From Candidatus Babeliales bacterium (GTDB lineage: Bacteria > Babelota > Babeliae > Babelales > JANWKD01), in NCBI GenBank assembly GCA_963722075.1, contig CAVRJM010000001.1:1248001-1312000 (forward strand): a stretch of 64,000 bases of DNA, in the 5' to 3' direction. Made by a program: the position numbers and the translations under genes. The notes below the pieces were generated by a model that saw nothing but the letters and a program-made list of their open reading frames with translations, was not told where the DNA came from and made no database searches. Of the stretch, positions 19,968-29,947 are shown piece by piece (within the stretch, counting starts at the first letter, position 1; every line of letters starts with the position of its first letter).

Positions 19968-20171
19968 TTACACATTTGCTTTGCAATTCTTGCAATCCCT
20001 GCAGCCTCTACAATCTTTGCAATTACTATTAATAGCCAAATTTTTTGAATTAATATTTTTGCGTATTTCTGAAATTTTTTTATCAGAGCGTGCTAATCGT
20101 TCGGTTACCGTAGCATTTATACGAATGGTAACAATTATAGACAATAAAAATATTACTATTTTATCTTTCAT
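19968..20171 (-). CDS. Secreted Cys-rich peptide A (precursor-like)
   Basis: MKDKIVIFLLSIIVTIRINA, conserved leader VTERLARSDKKISEIRKNINSKNLA, then NCKDCRGCRDCKNCKANV; alternative start at 20210. Confidence 0.75.
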   Translation of the reverse strand: MKDKIVIFLLSIIVTIRINATVTERLARSDKKISEIRKNINSKNLAINSNCKDCRGCRDCKNCKANV

Positions 20172-20211
20172 TTTTTTCTTCTTCGCAAAGTAGTTTTGTT
20201 TGTTATTCATT

Positions 20212-20706
20212 TTAACACATATCTAAAAGCCAAATAGAATTAATTTCTTCTTGAAAAGTTTCCTCATAGTTTTTGATAAATGCTTGAAAATCATTACGAA
20301 TTTCTTCTAGTTTTTCCGGTGTTGTATTCTTATTTGTTTCAGGAATATGATGTATAAAATGGTTGCAAAATTTGCTACAAAAATCTGCATAATCCTTGGT
20401 AAATAAAATGAAAGAGTGCCATAAATTATCAACATCTTTACTATACATGCCAACACCTGATCCATTGTTAGTAATAAGTGCTGAAAGTATTAGATATTTT
20501 TTTAATTCCTTTTCAAGAATAATCATATCTTCATTTGTATAATTATGATCTTTCTGACATCTTTTAATGATATCATCCATGGGGTAATCTAATATACCTT
20601 TGATAATCTGCTTTTTATTAACTTCTTTCGTTGAATAGCTATATAAACAAACAACAGTTACTAATCCTATCGTAGCAAACAATAATATTTTATTGATTAT
20701 TTTCAT
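20212..20706 (-). CDS. GRDP-like (glycine-rich-domain/DUF1399-like) protein with N-terminal signal/anchor
   Basis: ELKKYL...SKDVDNLWHSFILFTKDYADFCSKFCNHFIHHIP...YEETF...IW. Confidence 0.75.
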   Translation of the reverse strand: MKIINKILLFATIGLVTVVCLYSYSTKEVNKKQIIKGILDYPMDDIIKRCQKDHNYTNEDMIILEKELKKYLILSALITNNGSGVGMYSKDVDNLWHSFILFTKDYADFCSKFCNHFIHHIPETNKNTTPEKLEEIRNDFQAFIKNYEETFQEEINSIWLLDMC

Positions 20707-20762
20707 GATTAAATTCTTATGCAAATGATGGTACAGTATGGTTTTGATTATGAATTATTAGA

Positions 20763-20814
20763 ATATAAAGATGATTGAGTTATTAGCAATTAAATAACTC
20801 AATTATCTTTATAT
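20763..20814. promoter_or_regulatory. Long stem-loop just downstream of the peptide B gene
   Basis: 22-bp arms ATATAAAGATGATTGAGTTATT and AATAACTCAATTATCTTTATAT, one mismatch. Confidence 0.6.
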
Positions 20815-20821
20815 AAACATG

Positions 20822-21019
20822 TTATATAGATTTTTTACAGCCAGAGCAGCTTTTACAACTTTGTCTACAATCAGAAGCTGCTGCTAAATTTTTTGAATTA
20901 ATATTTTTGCGTATTTCTGAAATTTTTTTATCAGAATGTGCTAATCGTTCAGTTACTGAAGCGCGAATTTGCGCAGTGAAGATTAAAGTAATTGCTGTTA
21001 ATAGTAATGTATTGTTCAT
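20822..21019 (-). CDS. Secreted Cys-rich peptide B (precursor-like)
   Basis: RBS AAGGA; signal peptide, VTERLAHSDKKISEIRKNINSKNLA, then DCRQSCKSCSGCKKSI. Confidence 0.8.
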   Translation of the reverse strand: MNNTLLLTAITLIFTAQIRASVTERLAHSDKKISEIRKNINSKNLAAASDCRQSCKSCSGCKKSI

Positions 21020-21279
21020 TAACGTCCTTTGTGTTTATGTTTATTTAACCATACGTTTAATAACATTTTTTATTTGAGTGTGCAAGCAAAGATGAGGTTT
21101 TTATTGTACAATAAACAAAAAATTATAAGGAGTGGTAAGCTATTTGGTGGAAGTTGTTTTACTATTATTTTTTTTGGTATTTTTACAATTTTAACAATTG
21201 CCGTCTGTTACCATTAAATTTTTTGAAACTGATTTTGCTAGTAGCATTTCAGTTGTTGAAATGAAGGGTTTAACAATTT

Positions 21280-21594
21280 TTATTCGTGCCAGCTACATAA
21301 TTCATATATAAGCTTCTCATGCTCCTCGCTCTTTTGTATCTGAAGGCTTAGTGCATTGAGTTTGTTATTATATTCATTCTGTGCCTGATGCATATCCATC
21401 CCATGTTTTATATTTTCTGCTATTAATGCTTGTTCATTATCCAAAAAATATTGATGGTATTTTTTTAAGTCTGCACTTGCTGTTTGATTAGTTGTTTGGT
21501 TATTATCTACCCAATTAAACAAGCTTTCTTCCATTGAAAAAATAAAGTTACTATACGTTAGTACGGATAAATAAAAAATTCTTACTGTTTTCAT
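21280..21594 (-). CDS. Small secreted helical protein
   Basis: Signal IFS|MEE. Confidence 0.6.
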   Translation of the reverse strand: MKTVRIFYLSVLTYSNFIFSMEESLFNWVDNNQTTNQTASADLKKYHQYFLDNEQALIAENIKHGMDMHQAQNEYNNKLNALSLQIQKSEEHEKLIYELCSWHE

Positions 21595-21641
21595 ATTAAT
21601 AAATCGACTAATTTTGAGTAAAAAACTGGTGATTAAAACTT

Positions 21642-21797
21642 TTATTTTTTTGTAGTTCTACAATCTTTGCAGTTATTCTTACCATGTTTACAGTGACCTG
21701 CTAGAACATTTTTTGTTGGATCGGTTTGTTTTTGGGTAGTTAGGGAATGGGCTGATATCATGATGCATACTAGCGCTAGGAATAATGTCTTTTTCAT
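21642..21797 (-). CDS. Secreted Cys/His peptide C (51 aa, below the ORF-track cutoff)
   Basis: Hand translation MKKTLFLALVCIMISAHSLTTQKQTDPTKNVLAGHCKHGKNNCKDCRTTKK*; shares KN(V)LA and NCKDCR with peptide A. Confidence 0.65.
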   Translation of the reverse strand: MKKTLFLALVCIMISAHSLTTQKQTDPTKNVLAGHCKHGKNNCKDCRTTKK

Positions 21798-21869
21798 TTT
21801 TTGATTTCTTTCTGCTCGTTGAAGTTTATTTTAGTATTAATATTTTTTACTAAAATATGCCATAGGTAA

Positions 21870-24316
21870 CTACTTGATTGCAATTTTTGCTTTATATACT
21901 TCCTGATCTTTAACTAATAGTGATTCAGAAAGATCTGAAATCTGATAATGTATCATTTCTGCTTGCGTTACCCCTTTAATAAGTTGTTCTAAGGGAGCTA
22001 AAGCATCCAATTTTTTTTGTTCAGCGCTGTAAATTTCGAGTGCTTTTAAAGGTGTTTTTAATGATAGTTGCTGTGCAGTTTTTAATGTACGAACTTCACT
22101 AATTACTTGTAACGCAATGGTCATTGTTAGTGCGCTTGCTTCAAAGGTATATGCTCGTTGATCAAATTCAGTATTATGAATAGATGGATTTTTTATGGTT
22201 GATTTATATAGTTCTTGATAAATCGCTTCGGTAATATATGGTATGTACGGTGCAAATGGTTGCAATATATTCAATCCTACCGTATAAAGCGTCCATCGGG
22301 TACCAGCAATTTCTTGTGGTGAATACAATTCTGGTTTGAATAACTGTTCCTTAATTATTTCAATATAATTATCACAAAAATCGTTCCAAAAAAACTGCTC
22401 AATAGCATCAAGCGCTAAGCTAAATTCATACTCATCAAAATAATGTCTGTAATTTTTAAAACAAAGCGTCTTTTGATGTAACAGCCATTCATTAGCTGCA
22501 CCTAAATATGCCGGTTGCTCAGTAGGAATATCGCGCATATGTTCATGAATAAAACGAAATGCATTCCATAATTTTGTAATAAGGCGTTGACCAATTTTGA
22601 GTTGATTTTCTGAAAATGCAACATCGCTGCCCAATCGTCCAGATGCTGTCCAATAACGGATAACATCTGCTGGATATTGTTCTAGCAATTGTTCAGGAGC
22701 TAAGCGAGCATTTTCTTTTGATTTTGATAACTTTTCTTTTGCGTCACTTAATACGTGACCAGAAATAACAATCGTACGCCAAGGAATTTGTTCATAATGC
22801 ATCCAAGATTTTACGACGGTGTAAAATGCCCAGGTGCGAATAATATCATGCGCTTGGGGCCGCATACTCATGGGTATAAATTCTTTAGCCGCGTCTCCAA
22901 ACGGGCTTTCTTGCGGATTATATAATGAAAAACAAAGTTGTGGTGTTAATGAAGAAGTGTTCCAGGTGTCCATTACATCAGTATCTGGTTCAATAATACT
23001 GCTTTGGCAGGTAGGGCAATTTGCAGTATATGCTGTTTCTTGCGGATCAATAGGCAGCTGTTTTTCATCTGCTAAAATGACATGCCCATTATTACAATGC
23101 CAAGCTGGAAATGGGATACCATAAAAGCGTTGACGCGATAAGCACCAATCCCAACTTAATGATTCAACCCAATTAACATAACGTGACCTCATAAAATGTG
23201 GGAACCATTCTATTTGATCAGCAAGCTCAATAAAATTCTTTTTATAAGGAAGAAGCTCTAAAAACCATTGTGTTAATGCTAAATATTCAATCTCTTTTTT
23301 GCAGCGTTCGTGTACATTTACGGTATGCATAATTGGTTTTTGATTGAGCAATTTACCGTGCTCTTTAAGCTCAGCTAATACCTTTTCTCGTGCTTGGTGT
23401 ACTTTTAACCCAGCTAAAATACCGGTATCTTCATTCCACCGGCCATCTTTACCAATTGATGGTTTATACGGTAAGTTATACTTTTTAATCCACTGAATAT
23501 CTGTTTTATCGCCAAAGGTACAACACATTACCAACCCAGTTCCTTTTTCAATAGACACTGCATCATCGGCTAAAATAGGAACCGTATAATTATAGAGCGG
23601 GACAATTGCTTTTTGCCCAGCCAGGTGCTGGTAACGGGGATCATGAGGATTATAAAAAAGCGCTACACAGGAAGGTAGCAATTCAGGTCGGGTAGTTCCC
23701 ACAATAAGCGGACTACCATCAGCAGCGCTGAATGCAATATCATTAAAAAAAGATGATTTCTCTACATCGTCCAATTCTGCTTGCGCGACTGTGGTGCGGC
23801 AGGTGGTACAATATAGAGCTGGTTCATGTTTACGATAAATAAAGCCTTTTTTATATAAGGCGATAAATGATTCTTGTGAGATTCTTCGCGATCTAGTATC
23901 AATGGTGGAATAGCTTAACTGCCAATCAACAGAAAGTCCCATCCGTTGCCACAAGCTTTTAAATTGTTCTTCAACTTCATGCGTTTCGAGTAAGCACAGT
24001 TGAATAAACTCTGAGCGCTTCATAGCATGGGCGCTTATTTCTTTTTTTTCTCTACAAATCGTTCAGTCGGTAGACCGTTATCATCAAAACCAAAGGGATA
24101 AAAAACAGAAAAACCGGTCATTCGTTTATAACGAGCTATAATATCGGTTTGTGTATAAGAAAAAATATGCCCTATATGTAAAGATCCTGACACCGTTGGT
24201 GGTGGGGTATCAATGCTGTAGGGAGGCTTATCAGCGGATGCTTTGTAAATATGCTCCTTATCCCAAAGCTCATTTATTTTTATTTCATATTTTTTATTAT
24301 CGTACTGTTTTTCCAT
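21870..24316 (-). CDS. valS: Valine--tRNA ligase (type 2, archaeal-like), split by a frameshift at an A8 run
   Basis: DTPPPTVSGSLHIGH in 24035-24316; GTGLVMCCTFGD, WCLSRQR, DIIRTWAFY and KLSKS in 21870-24023; a -1 shift near 24045 joins them. Confidence 0.9.
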
Positions 24317-24322
24317 AAAATA

Positions 24323-24460
24323 TCATTTTTTTATTGGAGAAGTTTTGTGCCGTTGTTCTTCTTGCATCTGTTTTACCAGCGGATTGTGTAAATCAGCATT
24401 GCATATGAAAGTAGTTAAGAAAATAGAAATGTTTAATAAAAGAATCTGTTTTGTAATCAT
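24323..24460 (-). CDS. Small putative secreted peptide (45 aa)
   Basis: Hand translation MITKQILLLNISIFLTTFICNADLHNPLVKQMQEEQRHKTSPIKK*. Confidence 0.4.
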   Translation of the reverse strand: MITKQILLLNISIFLTTFICNADLHNPLVKQMQEEQRHKTSPIKK

Positions 24461-24533
24461 GAATGTTGCCTTATCTTTTTAAAAATACCTTGTATGTATT
24501 TTATCGCGTGCAGGCTATAAAGTAAAGTTGGCC

Positions 24534-26789
24534 TTAGGTGCGACCGGAACGAGCCATTGCTAATTCATTGCGGGCAACTACTTTAAATTGCTCTGGTGTT
24601 GCATTGTCCTTTATAATATTTTCTAAAAGACGTTCCATTTGGGGAATCTGGTTAAGAAGCTTATGGCAATATGCTATCCTCAACGGTAAATTAGGAATTG
24701 CGTGATTAAGCTCCTTAGCCTTATTAAAGGAATATAATGCCTTTTGCGGGTTATTTACTTTTAAGTAGACTTCGCCCAAATTATACCAAGCATTTTTTTC
24801 TGCGGGAAAATTCTTTAAAAGTTTTTCATATATTTGTATAGAGCCGGTAAAGTTTTCATTTAGAAAATGCGCATGTGCTAAATTAAATATATTGTCTTTG
24901 GTTGGCTGTAATTCTACCAATTTACTATAGGCAAAGGCAGCCTCGCTGTATTTTTTTAAGCGCATGGACATATGCCCATATAATTGAAACCCTGATTCAT
25001 TATCTAAATCAGCTTGAGTACAAGCGGCTTTAAAACATTCAAAGGCTTTTTCTGCATTATCTTTATACAGATATACTTTGCCTAGATTAAAAAATGCTTT
25101 CCCATAATAAGGGCGTAATTTAATTGCATATTCTAATGCTTTTTCTGCTTGGTCATATTCTTTTTTAGTTATTAAGAATGAAGCAAGGTTGTTATAGGCT
25201 TCAGGGTACATAGGTTGAATCATAATGCTTTGGCGTAATGCAGCGATTGCCTTATCAAGATCGCCTAAAAAAGAATAAGCTACCGCAATATTATTAAGAG
25301 GATCTGGATATGAATTATCCATAGCAATTGCTTTATGATAATAAGGAAGCGCTTCTTTATATTGTCCTTTTTCAGATAATGCTACGGCATAATTATTATA
25401 TGCGCGTGCTTTTCCGGGAGCATTTCTGATAATATTGCCCCAAAAATCCTCTCCTGAGCGCCAGACTTTATTTCGTTCATTGGTGGACCACCCTAATGAC
25501 AGGGCTATAAGAAATAAAAAAAGATAATGAAAGTGTTGTTTATATTGTAGAAATTGTTCATATTTTATTTTTTCAATCAGATAAATAAGCCCTTTTATGA
25601 TAAAAATTGCAAGGAAAAAAGCCATACCAATTGAACCAACATACGTTTTATAATCAGTGAGTAGTTCTGAAGAAGGAATAAATGAAGAACGTGGCGCAAT
25701 GCTGATTAAAAACCATAATAATCCCATAACATATAAGTTAACGGGATCATATCGTAACTGTTTGAAAATTATATAAGCAAGAGCACATAAAAGTAAAAAG
25801 GGAAAAAAGCAATCTAAGGAAAAGAAGCTATGAACTAATTTCCAATCATATTCTACACAAATATCAAAAGGCCAAATAAAAATATAAAGATAATGCAGTA
25901 TTACTTTAAATTGTGAAATGAAAAAATGGAGCGGTAGAATTTTATCCGTTGCTTTTTCAGTCAAAATATTACCAATGTTATTACGAGCTTCCATTTTAAA
26001 ACCAAAAAGATTTACAAAAAATGATGGTTTTAAATAATAGATATATAATCCTATGATTAAAGAAGAGAACATAAGATGTATTAACAGTCGTTGTTTAAGC
26101 GATTCTATTGATCCTTGGGCGATAAAAAACCAATCAAAGAGAATAAGTAGTATCGGTGATATGATAGCTATTTCTTTGGTGCCGCATGAAAAAGCGCCAA
26201 AAATGAATACTAAAGTTCCTAATAGATATTTTATTCCTGTTGAGGATGTTTTTGAATATCCTAAAAAGCATAAAACAATGAGCGCTATAAAAAAAGCAGC
26301 AAAACCTTCTAGCTGCCCTTGAATAACATAAGATACCGTTTGTGTTTGTACCGGATGGAGTAAAAAGATTGTTGCTGAAATAAATGCTAAAGAGAATGCA
26401 TTATGGGTAAAAAATGATTTTTTCTTCAATCCGGTAAGCGCATAGTAAAATATAAAGAAAATAGTAATGCTGGTTAAAGAATGTATCGCTACATTTAATA
26501 ATCTATAACTAAAGGGATCAAATTTTCCAATGGAATAATGAACAGTATTTACCCAATAACTGATCCAACGAGAATGCCCAAAAAAAAGATCTTTAAGTGA
26601 AGCATGCCGTATACTAAAAAGTTTGGTAATGTTAGCTAAATCATCAAATTGAAAATTATAATGGAGTGATGATTTATAAAAAATAAATGAAAGAAACGAT
26701 AAAATGATGGGAGAAATGATTAAATATATAAAAGAAGTGGGATGTGCTTCTTCTATAATTACGGCCTTTTGTGCCTTAATTTTTTTCAT
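24534..26789 (-). CDS. TMTC-like multi-pass membrane protein with C-terminal TPRs (GT-C glycosyltransferase-like)
   Basis: FQFDD, LLHPVQTQTVSYV, TKE, ERNKVWRS...LW-like segment, many TPR repeats. Confidence 0.8.
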   Translation of the reverse strand: MKKIKAQKAVIIEEAHPTSFIYLIISPIILSFLSFIFYKSSLHYNFQFDDLANITKLFSIRHASLKDLFFGHSRWISYWVNTVHYSIGKFDPFSYRLLNVAIHSLTSITIFFIFYYALTGLKKKSFFTHNAFSLAFISATIFLLHPVQTQTVSYVIQGQLEGFAAFFIALIVLCFLGYSKTSSTGIKYLLGTLVFIFGAFSCGTKEIAIISPILLILFDWFFIAQGSIESLKQRLLIHLMFSSLIIGLYIYYLKPSFFVNLFGFKMEARNNIGNILTEKATDKILPLHFFISQFKVILHYLYIFIWPFDICVEYDWKLVHSFFSLDCFFPFLLLCALAYIIFKQLRYDPVNLYVMGLLWFLISIAPRSSFIPSSELLTDYKTYVGSIGMAFFLAIFIIKGLIYLIEKIKYEQFLQYKQHFHYLFLFLIALSLGWSTNERNKVWRSGEDFWGNIIRNAPGKARAYNNYAVALSEKGQYKEALPYYHKAIAMDNSYPDPLNNIAVAYSFLGDLDKAIAALRQSIMIQPMYPEAYNNLASFLITKKEYDQAEKALEYAIKLRPYYGKAFFNLGKVYLYKDNAEKAFECFKAACTQADLDNESGFQLYGHMSMRLKKYSEAAFAYSKLVELQPTKDNIFNLAHAHFLNENFTGSIQIYEKLLKNFPAEKNAWYNLGEVYLKVNNPQKALYSFNKAKELNHAIPNLPLRIAYCHKLLNQIPQMERLLENIIKDNATPEQFKVVARNELAMARSGRT

Positions 26790-26983
26790 ACAATCCTCTT
26801 TTTTTTGTAAATTTTTAATAATCTATATGATCTATAAAAAACCTAACCCTTTTTTTGAGTTCAAGCACATTCTACTTAATCAGTAGATTTTGTTCAAGGT
26901 GGTGTTGCTCTTAAGGTTTGACCCATCGGTAACTATCTTTTAAACTAAAGAAAAAAGTATTTAATAAAGGTATAATCGATAAT

Positions 26984-27685
26984 ATGATAAATTTACGCGA
27001 TATAGAGTCGATAATTTATACAATAGTATTTATAATTGCATATCTTATTGCTGAAACAATAAGTGGCTGGTTTCGCGCATATACAGCGCAAAAAATGGGA
27101 GATGATACTCCAGCGCAATTAGGGTTTTTGAGTCTTAACCCATTGGTACATGTTGATCCGGTTGGTATGCTTTTTTTAATTTTATATGGGTTTGGATGGG
27201 GACGTGCCAGTCCACTTAATCCGTATAATATTGAGGATCCTCACCGAATTTTAAAGCTTATATGTGCTTATTTTTCTGACACCTTTGCACATTTAATGAT
27301 TGCAATAGTATCTTTAGTGTGCTTGTTATGGGGGTTTGGCATTACCATGATCGAATTAACGCAACCAATTATTTTATATCGTCGCGCCTCACTTCCCTTA
27401 TTAACAACGTATTATCCACATAGCTCATCCTTAATATTAAGTATTGCTATGGTTCTGGTGGCTCTTATTTATTTGAGCGTTATTTTAGCGGTCCTTAATT
27501 TTATTATTAATGGATTTAGGCTTATTATGGTTTTATTTTTCCATGAATCTATCGGATTATGGTATATAGATTTAATAGTGCCAATTTTACTTATCTTATT
27601 TTTTGCTAATCCATTACGCGAAGTAGTGGTCCATGGCATAATGAACGTGGCATATTTTTTAGTTTATAGTATTGGAGTTTTTTAA
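26984..27685 (+). CDS. Site-2 protease (M50)-like membrane protein lacking catalytic motifs
   Basis: MGDDTPAQLGFLSLNPLVHVDPVG...GFGWGR signature present; HExxH and NxxPxxxxDG absent. Confidence 0.75.
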   Translation: MINLRDIESIIYTIVFIIAYLIAETISGWFRAYTAQKMGDDTPAQLGFLSLNPLVHVDPVGMLFLILYGFGWGRASPLNPYNIEDPHRILKLICAYFSDTFAHLMIAIVSLVCLLWGFGITMIELTQPIILYRRASLPLLTTYYPHSSSLILSIAMVLVALIYLSVILAVLNFIINGFRLIMVLFFHESIGLWYIDLIVPILLILFFANPLREVVVHGIMNVAYFLVYSIGVF

Positions 27686-28896
27686 TGGTCACCTCGATAT
27701 CTAAGCCTGTTGATTTACAAGTTGATACTATTAAAAAGGGCACCGTTTCTATTATTCAAGAAGATGAGTTGAAAAAAAAGTTAGCCAGTGGTAAAAAATT
27801 AAAAATAAAATTAGGAGCAGATCCTACAGCGCCTGATTTACATTTAGGCCATGCCGTTGTTCTTTCAAAATTAAAAGAGTTTCAAGATTTAGGACATGAA
27901 ATTATTTTTTTAATTGGAGACTTCACGGCACGTATAGGCGATCCTACCGGTAAATCTAAAACGCGTCCCCCGTTAAGTGAAGAACAAATTGCTCTTAATA
28001 CCGTTACCTATTTTGAGCAAGTTGGTAAAATTTTAGATCCTGCCTTAATAAAAATAGTATATAATTCGCATTGGTTAGAAAAATTGACTGCCAAGCAGCT
28101 GGTTGATTTATGTGCAAAAGTAACGGTTGCGCGGTTGATTGAACGCAATGATTTCCAGCAACGCCTGCAAGAAAAACAATCAATTAGTTTTCATGAGTTA
28201 TTATATCCGCTGTTTCAAGGATACGATTCAGTTGAATTGCAATCAGATGTAGAATTGGGTGGTACCGATCAAACATTTAATTTACTATTGGCTCGTGATT
28301 TGCAAATCGAATTTGGTCAACAACCCCAAACAGTGATTACTACGCCCTTGCTCGAAGGGCTAGATGGTGTAGCAAAAATGTCAAAATCGCTGGGCAATTA
28401 TATTGGATTGAGTGAACCAGCAGCACAAGCGTATGGCAAATTAATGTCTATATCAGATAAATTGATGTGGCGCTATTATGAACTATTGTTAGGAAAAGAA
28501 CCGTTAGAAATTAGTGCCATGCAAGAGAAGGTAGCTGCAGCATATCTACACCCGATGGAGCTTAAAAAAGAGATGGCTCGGGAGATCATAGCTAAATTCT
28601 GGTCTGTTGATGAATCGGTACAAGCGCAGCAACAATTTGAAGCTCTTTTTCAGAAAAAAGATTATTCACAAGCAACGCCAGTAAGTTTACCAGTGACAAC
28701 TCCTTCTGAGATATGGATTGTTGAATTATTGAAACTGCTGGATGCCGTAAAAAGCTCTTCAGAAGCGCGCCGGCTTATTGAAGCAGGAGCGGTTAAAATT
28801 AATGATGTAGTTGTTGAAGATAGTAAAGCGACTATAACCTGGCAACCAGGCACCATCATTAAAGTAGGCAAATATCGTATTTATCAAATTAAATAA
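27685..28896 (+). CDS. tyrS: Tyrosine--tRNA ligase
   Basis: GADPTAPDLHLGH, YPLFQGYD, GGTDQTFN, KMSKS, C-terminal S4 domain. Confidence 0.97.
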   Translation: MVTSISKPVDLQVDTIKKGTVSIIQEDELKKKLASGKKLKIKLGADPTAPDLHLGHAVVLSKLKEFQDLGHEIIFLIGDFTARIGDPTGKSKTRPPLSEEQIALNTVTYFEQVGKILDPALIKIVYNSHWLEKLTAKQLVDLCAKVTVARLIERNDFQQRLQEKQSISFHELLYPLFQGYDSVELQSDVELGGTDQTFNLLLARDLQIEFGQQPQTVITTPLLEGLDGVAKMSKSLGNYIGLSEPAAQAYGKLMSISDKLMWRYYELLLGKEPLEISAMQEKVAAAYLHPMELKKEMAREIIAKFWSVDESVQAQQQFEALFQKKDYSQATPVSLPVTTPSEIWIVELLKLLDAVKSSSEARRLIEAGAVKINDVVVEDSKATITWQPGTIIKVGKYRIYQIK

Positions 28897-29009
28897 CAGT
28901 ACCTGTTTATAAGAGCAATTAGCTCTTGAATTTAATGTCAATTATGCTATTATTTAATAATGGCAATATCTATTATTCCTATATGTAATTTTTGAAAATG
29001 GAAGGTTTT

Positions 29010-29489
29010 ATGAAAATCAAACAGATCCTTTATATTATTAGTATTATGGTTGGTATCTCATCAGCATGCCATGCTATGGAACAAGATCCCGCGGATAATC
29101 AAACCTTAAATGGTGTTACTAAAGTTGTTAAAGCTTATGTTAAATCAAAAATTAATAAACTGTTTCAGCGCCCCGAATTTAAGCTTGATAAGCCACTCGA
29201 AATTATAAAAACTCCTTTAAAAAGTGGCAGTGTTGAGATTGAAGCGGAAAGTGTTATTGAGCAACTTGATAAAGCGCTTAAGGCACGTGAATTAACATCC
29301 GATTCTATCATTAAATGTTCAGTTATTATCACTAATGAAACTGATGAGCATAAAATTTTAGGAATTTTTAAACGCAAGAAATTTAGTCCTAAAAATTTAA
29401 CATTCGTACGCATGGATTTTAAAGAGTTTAAAGTTGCGCTAGAAGTGCGCGTTTATAATGGTGGTAAGAAACAGAAAGCAAAGCTGTAA
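29010..29489 (+). CDS. Hypothetical secreted protein
   Basis: Signal CHA|MEQ; ends in KKQKAKL. Confidence 0.6.
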   Translation: MKIKQILYIISIMVGISSACHAMEQDPADNQTLNGVTKVVKAYVKSKINKLFQRPEFKLDKPLEIIKTPLKSGSVEIEAESVIEQLDKALKARELTSDSIIKCSVIITNETDEHKILGIFKRKKFSPKNLTFVRMDFKEFKVALEVRVYNGGKKQKAKL

Positions 29490-29560
29490 GTAAATTTATA
29501 ACTGGATTATGATAAGTTTTTTTAGAGGCATTATAAAATTAACTCAAAGTACTAAAAATA

Positions 29561-29872
29561 CTGGATCACCACGTTGCGCGCAAACCATGTCCGCCGAAGC
29601 TCTTCGAGCGAAGGCTGGATCGTGACGAGTTCATCGAAAAAGCCGTCGTTGCGAGCCTGTCGAAGCAATCCAGGTTATATTAAAATATTAAAATTTTTCA
29701 ACCTATTTATAAGTTACAACGAATTAATTTGTTCCATGAAAAAATATTTATATTGTTTTTATAGATAGAAATATTTTTTTATTATTTAATAATTTACTAA
29801 AACTTTATTTTATATTTCAGATTTGATTTTCATTTATTGAGCCTGGATTGCTTCGGCAAGCTCGCAACGACG
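29561..29872. repeat. REP cluster: nested element plus an inverted pair around an AT-rich spacer
   Basis: 29561-29630 minus arm with an inserted palindrome; 29644-29674 plus arm; 29842-29872 minus arm. Confidence 0.85.
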
Positions 29873-29947
29873 ATTTCTCTATGCATATTTTTTAAGCTAT
29901 GAGTATATATAAAACTCATAAAAAATTTCAAATAAAGCTCGTTTCTA

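Noticed and set aside
20172..20215. GRDP-like gene and peptide A as one frameshifted fusion
   Set aside because: Peptide A has its own Met and signal peptide that parallel free-standing peptide B, so separate genes are simpler. Reads could still test this.
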